Position numbers and translations under genes: made by a program
Shown: piece by piece, positions 42,999 to 51,853 of the stretch
Position numbering within the stretch: position 1 is the first letter of the stretch
Layout of the letters: the number at the start of each line of letters is the position of its first letter
Assembly: GCA_038147395.1 (NCBI GenBank)
Contig: JAYQTM010000001.1
Location: forward strand, 321,437-385,436
Direction: 5' to 3'
Source of the DNA: Candidatus Eutrophovita brisbanensis
GTDB lineage: Bacteria; Pseudomonadota; Gammaproteobacteria; Burkholderiales; Eutrophovitaceae
Length of the DNA stretch: 64,000 nucleotides
The notes under the pieces: generated by a model
The model's input: only the letters and a program-made list of their open reading frames with translations
Databases searched by the model: none
What the model was told of the DNA's origin: nothing

Positions 42999-44311
42999 TC
43001 GATCACCGGCGGGACATGCTGTTTTCCTGTGACTAAGGACTTTGGAATGAGCACCCACATCGCGACACGTTGTTTCATGCTTCCAGCCAGTCGTCCAGCT
43101 TCGTCGCCGAACCCCCAAAAGTAATCCGCACGAATCGCGCCTTTAATGGCGCCACCTCTATCTTGAGCGTACATGAGTCGTGCTAATAATTGCTCTGAAT
43201 TGGGCCGCGTTGTATCGATAAAAACCGGGAATCCCGCGGGCACATACCGGTTATCAACAGCGATGCTGCGCTCGGGAGTGAGTGGTACGCCAAGGGACCC
43301 AATGGGTCCTCCGAGAGTCTGAGGTAGGTTTCTAAAGAAAACGTACGAAGGGTTTTGCCTCAGTAAATCGTCGAGGCGAGTTGGATTTTCTCTGCCCCAA
43401 TTTTTGATCCCCTGCATTGATGCCTTGCTCAGAGGCAAGTCACCTCTATCGACCAGGATTCGACCGATTGATCGATAAGGATGCCCGTTCGACTTTTCAA
43501 ATCCAACCCGTACAATTTCTCCATCCTCGAGCTCGATTCTCCCTGAGCCTTGAATTTGTAAGAAAAAAAGTTCGACTTTGTCTGCGACCCAGAATAGCTC
43601 CTTACCACTTAGGTTAACAAGCCCCTCTTCTATTTCTTTTCGTGTGTAGTACGGGACGTACTGCCCTGCTGATTCCCTCGCGATTCCTCGATAATCTTTT
43701 AACGATGGATGCTGATCGGTATCAACGGACACCAGGTCATCCGGGGCACCGTAGATGGGATAGGGGTAACGCTCACTTTGCGTTCGACTGCCTTTTAATA
43801 GGGGTTCGTAATACCCGGTGATTAATCCGCTCTCAGAACCGTCATCGTTGATGATTTTGAATGGAACGAAGAGATCTTCATAGAAATCTTTCACGGCCAG
43901 ATCGGATAACTCCGGAATGTTGTTGCATATGGTTTCCCAAGCGGCGTATTTTTTGAGGGCGCTGCATGACTGTGTCAGAGCTGGAAGTGTTTCAACCAGA
44001 TCGTCGGTTAGCCAGTGTGGAATCTGTGTCCAATCCGTCGAGATAAGGTGTTCGTGAGATTTTAGTCCGTAAATTGATAACAACTCACTTTTTGGTACGA
44101 TTTCGTCATATCCTGGTCTTGTGGCGTTGTTGTTCTCTTTTTCGATCGACTGCTCGATCACAGGCGGGGCCGAAGTGTCTGGATCTCGGTGCGTATCGAA
44201 CGACGTGCATGCGCCTGTGAGAACAACGAGAGCTAGGATCGACAAACGCATTGATCGGCCTAGCGCGGATTGTGTGTTTCTATGACCTTTGGATTCATTA
44301 TTGAGCTTCAC
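42995..44311 (-). CDS. mltA: Membrane-bound lytic murein transglycosylase A
   Basis: MltA and 3D domains. The likely true start is Met at 44251, giving lipoprotein signal MRLSILALVVLTGAC. Confidence 0.8.
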   Translation of the reverse strand: MKLNNESKGHRNTQSALGRSMRLSILALVVLTGACTSFDTHRDPDTSAPPVIEQSIEKENNNATRPGYDEIVPKSELLSIYGLKSHEHLISTDWTQIPHWLTDDLVETLPALTQSCSALKKYAAWETICNNIPELSDLAVKDFYEDLFVPFKIINDDGSESGLITGYYEPLLKGSRTQSERYPYPIYGAPDDLVSVDTDQHPSLKDYRGIARESAGQYVPYYTRKEIEEGLVNLSGKELFWVADKVELFFLQIQGSGRIELEDGEIVRVGFEKSNGHPYRSIGRILVDRGDLPLSKASMQGIKNWGRENPTRLDDLLRQNPSYVFFRNLPQTLGGPIGSLGVPLTPERSIAVDNRYVPAGFPVFIDTTRPNSEQLLARLMYAQDRGGAIKGAIRADYFWGFGDEAGRLAGSMKQRVAMWVLIPKSLVTGKQHVPPVID

Positions 44312-44325
44312 GGAGGCTAAAGAGA

Positions 44326-44412
44326 ATGTTTTGGGTAGTGTTCGAGATCTTACTTGGTTTGGGATTATTCCTCTTTATTATTTGGTGGACGATCCCAAAG
44401 AAAAAAAAGTAA
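44326..44412 (+). CDS. Candidate 28-aa small membrane protein
   Basis: ATG 10 nt after GGAGG. Sequence MFWVVFEILLGLGLFLFIIWWTIPKKKK is one TM helix plus a poly-Lys tail. Short hairpin AACGG-n5-CCGTT and a T-rich tail follow the stop. Below the ORF-track size cutoff. Confidence 0.3.
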   Translation: MFWVVFEILLGLGLFLFIIWWTIPKKKK

Positions 44413-44437
44413 TCACAACGGCGACTCCGTTTTGTTA

Positions 44438-44821
44438 CTAGTGAAGTGTCCTCGGAACGCTTAGAGAAAATTGTGGGATGGTCGCCTCGAACTCCTGACC
44501 ATCCTCCGCCCTCATCGTGTAGTGTCCCTCCATCGTTCCCACGGAAGTCTCGATAGCCGCCGCGCTGGTATATTCGAACGATTCTCCAGGAGCGAGCTTA
44601 GGAAACTCGCCCACGACGCCTTCGCCGTTAACACGCTCGATTTTCTCATTCGAATCCGTGATGACCCAGTGTCGAGTGAGTAATTGAGCAGCAATATCAC
44701 CTGTGTTATCAATTTTTATGTGGTAGGCGAAAAAGTACCTGGAAGCTGAGGGGTCAGACTGTTCGGGGATATAGATAGACTTGGCTGTGACCGTGATCTG
44801 ATACGTCGAGTTGGTAGGCAT
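44438..44821 (-). CDS. apaG: ApaG (DUF525) protein
   Basis: 127 aa with the typical ApaG sequence (FAYHIKIDN.., RHWVITDSN, GVVGEFP). Confidence 0.85.
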   Translation of the reverse strand: MPTNSTYQITVTAKSIYIPEQSDPSASRYFFAYHIKIDNTGDIAAQLLTRHWVITDSNEKIERVNGEGVVGEFPKLAPGESFEYTSAAAIETSVGTMEGHYTMRAEDGQEFEATIPQFSLSVPRTLH

Positions 44822-44941
44822 TGTAAAATTTGTAAGTAGTTGTGAAGGTTTACGTCTTTAATAATCCACTATCTGACGCGATGCTTCTTGGAAGGTTCGT
44901 GTATCTTTCAAATCGCAACAGTTGTTTTTTAATGGGGTCAT

Positions 44942-45610
44942 ATGACCAACTATAGAATTGCTCCGAGTATCTTATCAGCTGATTTCTCATGCCTGGGCGA
45001 CGAAGTCAGGGCAGTCGAAACCGCTGGGGCTGATTTGATTCACTTCGACGTGATGGATAATCATTATGTTCCGAATTTGACATTCGGACCCGCGATATGT
45101 GCCGCAATTAGGCCACACACATCGTTGCCGGTTGACGTGCACCTGATGGTCGAGCCAGTGGATCGGTTGGCCGAGGATTTCGCCAAGGCAGGGGCGGACA
45201 TTGTCACCTTTCACCCAGACGCAGTCAGTCATGTGGACCGGACCATCAACCTCATAAAGTCAGCTGGATGCAAAGTCGGTTTGGCATTCAATCCCGCCAG
45301 CCCACTGGATGTGCTTGAGTGGACGCTTGACCAAATCGATTTGGTGCTGATCATGTCTGTGAACCCTGGGTTTGGGGGGCAGAGTTTCATTCCGTACAGC
45401 CTTGACAAGATTTCGGAGGTGCGTGACCTCATTGATTTGACTGATCGGGAGATTTGGTTGGAGGTGGACGGAGGCATTAAACCAAACAACATTACCAGTG
45501 TTGCGGAAGCTGGCGCGGATACGTTCGTTGCTGGGTCGGCAATTTTTGGCGCAGACGACTACCACACTGTTATCCAAGAAATGAAAGGCCAACTCGCTAA
45601 TTGTCTTTAG
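44942..45610 (+). CDS. rpe: Ribulose-phosphate 3-epimerase
   Basis: 222 aa. [10 protein letters not shown] and [16 protein letters not shown] motifs. Confidence 0.95.
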   Translation: MTNYRIAPSILSADFSCLGDEVRAVETAGADLIHFDVMDNHYVPNLTFGPAICAAIRPHTSLPVDVHLMVEPVDRLAEDFAKAGADIVTFHPDAVSHVDRTINLIKSAGCKVGLAFNPASPLDVLEWTLDQIDLVLIMSVNPGFGGQSFIPYSLDKISEVRDLIDLTDREIWLEVDGGIKPNNITSVAEAGADTFVAGSAIFGADDYHTVIQEMKGQLANCL

Positions 45611-45647
45611 ACTCGTTTTGGCGTGGGCTCACCACAGTTAATTGATC

Positions 45648-46343
45648 ATGTTGTTTCATAAAAGTCCTGATGCCTATCCCATCAATGTGTCAGTTATCGC
45701 ATTTGATTTGGACGGTACTTTAGCTGATACGTTACCCGACCTATGTGCTGCCACTAACCGGCTAGCGAGCGACCTTGGGCTTGGACCCGTCAGTGAGGCC
45801 CTGGTCGGAGGTTTCGTTGGTCGTGGAATTGAGCACTTAGTGATTGAATTGCTCGGCCACGCAGGACTTCGTGTTTCGTCAACTCGCCAGGCTCAGTTGG
45901 TGGCTAGGTTCAAAACCCACTACGCCCAGTGTGTTTGTGATAACACCAGGTTATTCTCGGGCGTTAGGGAGACGCTGGAGCAGCTGACGAGATCGGGTTT
46001 TTACCTTGCTTGCCTCACGAATAAAAGTGAAGCCTTTACCGTGCCAATCTTGAAAAAATTGGAGATTGACTACTTTTTTAAGCGCATCATTTGTGGCGAT
46101 TCTTTAGCACGACGGAAACCCGATCCGCTGCCGCTTGAGCATTTGGCGGATTACTTCGGTGCGAACACGAGCCAAGTATTACTCGTTGGTGATTCCGTGA
46201 CGGATACGCAGTGTGCCAGAAACGCAAATTCGCCAGTTTTTTGTGTGCCTTACGGATACCGTTCCGGAATGGGTGCAGAGGAGTTAGATTGTGATGTGCT
46301 GATTGATGATGTTCGAGATATCCTGAAGCTTGTAAAAAATTAG
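45648..46343 (+). CDS. gph: Phosphoglycolate phosphatase (HAD)
   Basis: HAD motif I FDLDGTLADT. Follows rpe as in many proteobacteria. The ORF is open from 45642. Confidence 0.8.
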   Translation: MLFHKSPDAYPINVSVIAFDLDGTLADTLPDLCAATNRLASDLGLGPVSEALVGGFVGRGIEHLVIELLGHAGLRVSSTRQAQLVARFKTHYAQCVCDNTRLFSGVRETLEQLTRSGFYLACLTNKSEAFTVPILKKLEIDYFFKRIICGDSLARRKPDPLPLEHLADYFGANTSQVLLVGDSVTDTQCARNANSPVFCVPYGYRSGMGAEELDCDVLIDDVRDILKLVKN

Positions 46344-46418
46344 AGTTTCAGAGATAACTATAATGACGAGGTATCGCCGAATGCCCGGACAAACAGTGGT
46401 AACAGATACGAATTTGGA

Positions 46419-47906
46419 TTGAATTTGAACAAAGAAGAATACAAAAAACTAGCCGATCTCGGATTCAACCACGTGCCCTTGGTGTACGAGAGTTTTGCCG
46501 ATTTAGATACCCCGTTATCTGTTTACTTGAAATGCGCTGACTCGCCTTACTCTTATTTGCTGGAGTCGGTTCAAGGTGGTGAGCGGTTCGGCCGTTATTC
46601 GTTTATTGGCTTGCCCGCGACAAAGCGGTATGAAGTTTGGGGGAAACGCTGCCTGGAAATTTGTGACGATGTTGTCATTTCTGAGGAGAGTCTAGATGAT
46701 CCGCTCGATTGGATTAACAGGATAAGAGAACGAGTTATTGCCTATTACCCACAGCACCTGCCAAGGTTTTTGGGAGGCCTGGTCGGTTACTTTGGTTATG
46801 AGACTGTTCACCTGATAGAGCCAAGGGTCGCTAAAAATATTGATAAATCAGATCCTATCGATGCCCCTGATATCGTCTTGCTGCATTCTGAAAGGGTCGT
46901 CGCTTACGACAATTTGGCTGGTAAATTGTATCTCGTCGTGTTTGGAGATCCGAGCATTGAGGGCTCTTGGGATGTCGCCCATGAACAGCTCCAACTCTTG
47001 CGTGCTGATTTAGAGCGTTCTGTCGTGACCCCGAAAGAAGCGAAACGAGCAATTGGCGAGGTTCTAGAAGAAACTCCTGAGGACAAATTTACGGCATCTG
47101 TGGATCAGGCAAAGGGCTACATTAAGGAGGGCGACATCATGCAAGTTGTGCTCTCACAAAGGGTGTCGACCCCCTTTAAGTCACCGCCTTTATCGTTATA
47201 CCGATCATTGCGAGCCTTGAACCCCTCCCCATACATGTTCTACTTCAACTTGAATCATTTGCACATCGTCGGTGCGTCACCCGAAATTCTTGTCAGAGTG
47301 GAAAAAGGTGGTGTGACACTTCGCCCGATCGCCGGGACAAGGCCAAGGGGGGCGACAAAAGAAGAAGATCTGGAGCTGGAGGCTGATCTTCTGTCGGATC
47401 CAAAAGAGCTCGCAGAGCATGTGATGTTGATGGACCTTGGGAGGAACGACGTCGGTCGTGTTGCGCAAGACGGCAGTGTCCGAGTCACAGACCAAATGGT
47501 CATCGAGCGCTACTCTCATGTGATGCACATCGTGTCAAATGTAGAGGGAGTATTACGAGAGGAAATGAACGCGATGGACGTGCTAAAGGCGAGTTTCCCG
47601 GCAGGTACCGTATCTGGAGCCCCCAAAGTGCGAGCAATGGAGATTATCGACGAGTTAGAGCCGAGCAAGCGTGGCATTTATGCCGGGGCGGTCGGTTACC
47701 TTGGATTTAATGGTGACATGGATCTAGCGATCGCGATTAGAACCGCGGTCTTAAAAGATCAGATGCTCTACGTCCAGGCGGGGGCCGGCATCGTGGCCGA
47801 TTCTGTTCCCGCCAGTGAGTGGTTAGAGACGCAAAATAAGGCTAAGGCAGTCCTCAAGGCTGCGCAAGTTGCAGAGGCGGGATTAGATCGGCTGGATTCG
47901 AAATGA
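46419..47906 (+). CDS. trpE: Anthranilate synthase component I
   Basis: 495 aa. LLESVQGGERFGRYSF and the C-terminal chorismate-binding domain. TTG start. Confidence 0.95.
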   Translation: MNLNKEEYKKLADLGFNHVPLVYESFADLDTPLSVYLKCADSPYSYLLESVQGGERFGRYSFIGLPATKRYEVWGKRCLEICDDVVISEESLDDPLDWINRIRERVIAYYPQHLPRFLGGLVGYFGYETVHLIEPRVAKNIDKSDPIDAPDIVLLHSERVVAYDNLAGKLYLVVFGDPSIEGSWDVAHEQLQLLRADLERSVVTPKEAKRAIGEVLEETPEDKFTASVDQAKGYIKEGDIMQVVLSQRVSTPFKSPPLSLYRSLRALNPSPYMFYFNLNHLHIVGASPEILVRVEKGGVTLRPIAGTRPRGATKEEDLELEADLLSDPKELAEHVMLMDLGRNDVGRVAQDGSVRVTDQMVIERYSHVMHIVSNVEGVLREEMNAMDVLKASFPAGTVSGAPKVRAMEIIDELEPSKRGIYAGAVGYLGFNGDMDLAIAIRTAVLKDQMLYVQAGAGIVADSVPASEWLETQNKAKAVLKAAQVAEAGLDRLDSK

Positions 47907-47967
47907 AGTATCGTCATTGTTGTTTTTTTAGTTTTGTTTTTGCCTGCGCTAAGGTTACAGATTATTC

Positions 47968-48534
47968 ATGTTACTGATGATTGATAATTACGACTCGTTC
48001 ACCTTCAACCTCGTGCAGTATTTTGCCGAGCTTGGCGCCAAGGTGAAGGTGGTTAGGAATGATCAGGTGACGATTGACGAAATAGAGTCTTGCAATCCTG
48101 AGTGGGTCGTGATTTCTCCTGGACCGTGTTCCCCCAAAGAGGCGGGTGTTTCAGTTGAGGTGATCAAGCATTTCAGCGGGAGAGTACCCCTGCTAGGTGT
48201 GTGTCTCGGCCATCAATGCATTGCTCATGCCTATGGAGGGGTGGTCACTTATGCGAAAACTCTGATGCATGGTAAGACTTCACCTGTCACGCACGATTCT
48301 CTTGGGGTATTCACGGATATTCCGTCTCCATTTACGGCCACTCGGTATCACTCGCTGGCGGTTGATGCGCTTAAACTACCCAACTGCCTCGAGGTCACGG
48401 CTACCACCGATGATGGCGAGATTATGGGTATCCGGCACAAGGATTTTCCTGTCCAGGGGGTTCAGTTTCACCCCGAATCGATACTGAGCGAGCATGGACA
48501 CCAATTGCTAAAAAATTTTCTGGATCAAAGGTAG
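47968..48534 (+). CDS. trpG: Anthranilate synthase component II (glutamine amidotransferase)
   Basis: 188 aa. Catalytic GVCLGHQ and a C-terminal HPES motif. Confidence 0.95.
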   Translation: MLLMIDNYDSFTFNLVQYFAELGAKVKVVRNDQVTIDEIESCNPEWVVISPGPCSPKEAGVSVEVIKHFSGRVPLLGVCLGHQCIAHAYGGVVTYAKTLMHGKTSPVTHDSLGVFTDIPSPFTATRYHSLAVDALKLPNCLEVTATTDDGEIMGIRHKDFPVQGVQFHPESILSEHGHQLLKNFLDQR

Positions 48535-48536
48535 CG

Positions 48537-49556
48537 ATGATGATTCGAGACGTTCTTGAGCAGTTTTTAAAGGGTCAAGATTTGTCGCATGACCAAATGG
48601 TCGAAGCGATGAGAATGATTATGGGTGGGAGTGTATCCCCAGAGTTGATCGCTGGGTTTTTGGTCGGACTACAGGTCAAGGGTTACACCGTAGTAGAGAT
48701 GACCGCAGCCGCCGAGGTCATGAGGGAGCTATCTTTAAAAGTTGAGGTGGTGGACAGAGAGAAACTGGTTGATACGTGTGGCACCGGTGGTGATGGCACG
48801 AAGACATTCAATATTTCTACCGCTGCAAGTTTTGTCGTTGCAGCAGCTGGAGGAAGGGTTGCGAAACACGGTGGCCGATCGGTATCAAGTTCCTCGGGTA
48901 GCGCCGACGTCCTTGAGGCCCTGGGCGCCCGAATCGATCTTGAGCCACACCAGGTTTCCGAGTGTTTGAATGAGCTTGGGGTGGGTTTCATGTTTGCGCC
49001 TTCGCACCACTCTGCGATGAAGCACGCCGCGCCGGTCAGGAAGGCGTTGGGGATCAAGACCCTTTTCAATGTCCTGGGCCCTTTGACTAACCCGGCAGGT
49101 GCAAAACGCCAAGTCATGGGGGTCTACGATCCAGCGTTGTTAGTGAAACAGGCGCAGGCCCTACAAAACTTGGGTAGCTCACGTGCAATGATCGTTTGTG
49201 GCGGCGATGGTTTGGATGAAATATCTCCCTCAGGAGTGACTCATGTTGCCGAACTTCACGAGGGCCGAATTAGCGAGTACACGGTGTGTGTGGAGGACCT
49301 CGGGTTCGCCCCGGTTGATTTATTATCTCTACGCGTTGATGGAGTTGAGCAGGCCGTGAAGATGTTGCGTGATTCGTTGTCTGGAGAATTTGAGCGAGGT
49401 AAAACAGCCGTGAGCTTAAATGCTGGGGCTGCACTCTATGTACTGGGACTTCGTGAATCTCTCCAAGAGTCAGTTGGGCTCGCGCGGTCTGTGATTGAGT
49501 CCGGTGCCGCGCGTGAAAAGTTAGAGGAGTTCGTCGCGTATTCCAATGCAACATGA
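48537..49556 (+). CDS. trpD: Anthranilate phosphoribosyltransferase
   Basis: 339 aa. DTCGTGGDGTKTFNIST motif. Confidence 0.95.
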   Translation: MMIRDVLEQFLKGQDLSHDQMVEAMRMIMGGSVSPELIAGFLVGLQVKGYTVVEMTAAAEVMRELSLKVEVVDREKLVDTCGTGGDGTKTFNISTAASFVVAAAGGRVAKHGGRSVSSSSGSADVLEALGARIDLEPHQVSECLNELGVGFMFAPSHHSAMKHAAPVRKALGIKTLFNVLGPLTNPAGAKRQVMGVYDPALLVKQAQALQNLGSSRAMIVCGGDGLDEISPSGVTHVAELHEGRISEYTVCVEDLGFAPVDLLSLRVDGVEQAVKMLRDSLSGEFERGKTAVSLNAGAALYVLGLRESLQESVGLARSVIESGAAREKLEEFVAYSNAT

Positions 49557-49593
49557 GGTTAATTCGGTTTTCCCCAATATTTAAGGTTCAGTG

Positions 49594-50391
49594 ATGGCAG
49601 ACGTTCTATCGCAAATAGTTCAAACTAAGAGGGAGGAGGTCGCTAAGGCCTCCGCTATTTACTCTCTGCGTGACTTAGAGCAACAAATCCCCGGAGCGCC
49701 AGAGCCGAGAGGCTTTGAACGGGCGATTGTCTCTCGGGTAAATCAGGGCGAAACAGCTGTGATCGCTGAGATTAAAAAAGCGAGTCCGAGCAAGGGGGTT
49801 ATCAGAGAAGATTTTGACCCTGTAGAAATTGCGCTTTCTTACGAGTCCAATGGCGCGACGTGTTTGTCGGTGCTCACCGATCGAGATTATTTTCAAGGTT
49901 CACCCGATTTCCTCGTCGCAGCCCGCTCTGCCACGCAGTTGCCTACGTTGCGTAAAGATTTCATGGTGGACCCGTATCAAATTTACGAAGCTCGGTGCAT
50001 GGGGGCTGACTGTATTTTGTTAATCGTTGCAGCGTTGGGTCAGCAACAAATGCTGGAATTGGCTGACACTGCGAGCAGTCTGGGCTTAGATATATTAGTT
50101 GAGTCCCACTCACGTGAGGAGTTATCAAGGGCGCTCGATGTAAAGACTGCGTTGATCGGCATCAACAATAGGAACCTGAAAACATTTGAGACTTCGTTGA
50201 AAAATACGCTGGATTTACTAAGCGAAGTCCCTGATGGTCGGACCGTAATTACCGAAAGTGGCATACATGCCGAGCAGGATGTATCGCGAATGAGAGAGGC
50301 AGGGGTCAGGGCTTTCTTGGTCGGTGAGGCATTTATGCGACAAACCGACCCTGGTCTTGAGCTTAATAGATTGTTTATGCTAAATGAGTGA
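49594..50391 (+). CDS. trpC: Indole-3-glycerol phosphate synthase
   Basis: About 265 aa. [12 protein letters not shown] and LRKDF motifs. ATG at 49594; the ORF is open from GTG 49591. Confidence 0.95.
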   Translation: MADVLSQIVQTKREEVAKASAIYSLRDLEQQIPGAPEPRGFERAIVSRVNQGETAVIAEIKKASPSKGVIREDFDPVEIALSYESNGATCLSVLTDRDYFQGSPDFLVAARSATQLPTLRKDFMVDPYQIYEARCMGADCILLIVAALGQQQMLELADTASSLGLDILVESHSREELSRALDVKTALIGINNRNLKTFETSLKNTLDLLSEVPDGRTVITESGIHAEQDVSRMREAGVRAFLVGEAFMRQTDPGLELNRLFMLNE

Positions 50392-50664
50392 TTCAGATCA
50401 ACTTTACGTTAAAAAATAAAAAAAATGTTAATAAAATCAATATATATTTTTGAATTTTTTATTTGTTAACCCGTTTTCGCTTTTTATATTGTCGATTAAA
50501 CAACACATTAGTGGTCTTTTTCATCAAGTTTTTCTTCATTTGAGCGGAATTTTTTGTCAGACTTCTAGCCAACTCGAGTGAAAATTCGAGGTCGTTTCAT
50601 CCCAGAGCACATCGTACGAGTGTTTTGGTATGGTTTTATAAATTCTCATATTTGAGGAGATAAC

Positions 50665-51773
50665 ATGAAAAAAGCTCTTATAGCCGCAGCAGTAGCTGGT
50701 GCATTCGTTGCCCCAACTGCGATGGCAGCTGAAGGTCCTTCAGTTAACATTTACTACCCAATGGCGATTCACTATGGGTGACACGGAAGACAAACAAACG
50801 GTCAAAACTCAACTGCTGACGAGACAGTTCAGTGTTGGTGGTGGTTCACGTTTGATGTTCACATGGACAGACCAGCTCAACAATGGTATGTCACTAACCG
50901 CTTACGCTTCATTCGGTAACCTTTCACTCTGACAGTTCTGGTAACATCACATCACGTAACTCAAACATGAACTTGACAGGTGAGTTTGGTACGATTGCGA
51001 TCGGAACAAACGAGCACTTTTTTGAGATCGACGCGATCACAGATGGCTACGGTGCTGACTGGGCGCTTAACGGTACGGCAGCTGGTGGTGAAGGTCTGAA
51101 CTTCCAGAGAATCGGACAAACTGGCTTCAACTTTACTCGCCGAGATTCAGACTCAATCTGGTGGACTGGTCCTCAGATGAACAACCTACAGCTTCGTGCA
51201 GCATACATCATGGGTGCAGCTGCAACTAACAACGATGCTGCGGATCCAGAGGGTTACCAGATCGGTGCGTTCAGTACAGCATACGCGATGGGCGGTTGCA
51301 ACAACCATACGATGATTACGCAGCTGACGGCTCTGCGCTAGCTACGACGATTATCGAACGCAGACGGAACTGAAGCTTCAGCTGCTACTGCTGGTACTAA
51401 CGCGGAAGGCACACAGTTTGTCTTCGGTTATGACTTCGGTAGCTTCAGCGCGTCAGTCGGTATGATCAGCATGGAGCAGTCAGAGAACGGAAATACGCGT
51501 GAGGCGGGTGGTTACTTCGCAAGCTTTATCATGCCAGTTGACGGTGGCCGAATTATCTTCAACATGGGTGAGCTTGGTGACCAGGACAACAACTCAACAG
51601 CTATCAACGACTCAGGTATCCAAGGTTTCGATATTGGCTACCAGCATGATTTGAGTGCGAATGCTTACTCTTTCGTTCGTTACCAGAGCCAGGAACAAGG
51701 TGCAAACTTTGACGGCACAGGTACTGATCAAGACCGAAGCAGCTTCATTGCGGGTATTACAGTTTCATACTAA
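50665..51773 (+). pseudogene. Gram-negative general porin, broken into at least five frame segments
   Basis: GAGGAG SD plus ATG 50665. Signal peptide MKKALIAAAVAGAFVAPTAMA, porin-like blocks (GGSRLMF..., NMNLTGEFGTIAIGTNEH, FVFGYDFGSF) and a C-terminal beta-signal GITVSY. Reading it needs frame changes near 50778, 50922-50930, 51296 and 51342-51371. Confidence 0.75.
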
Positions 51774-51800
51774 TTACATTAGTTGAAAAGTACTGTGATG

Positions 51801-51828
51801 AAAAGGGGGCTATATGCCCCCTTTTTTT
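51801..51828. terminator. Bidirectional Rho-independent terminator between porin and valS
   Basis: AAAA-GGGGGC-tatat-GCCCCC-TTTTTTT. The A-run and T-run flanks allow termination in both directions. Confidence 0.75.
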
Positions 51829-51853
51829 GCCTCGGGTTTGGGATGCGTTAAAT

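Noticed and set aside
46360-46419. Small ORF (MTRYRRMPGQTVVTDTNLD*) upstream of trpE as a possible trp leader peptide
   Set aside because: It contains no Trp codons, and no terminator or antiterminator hairpins follow.
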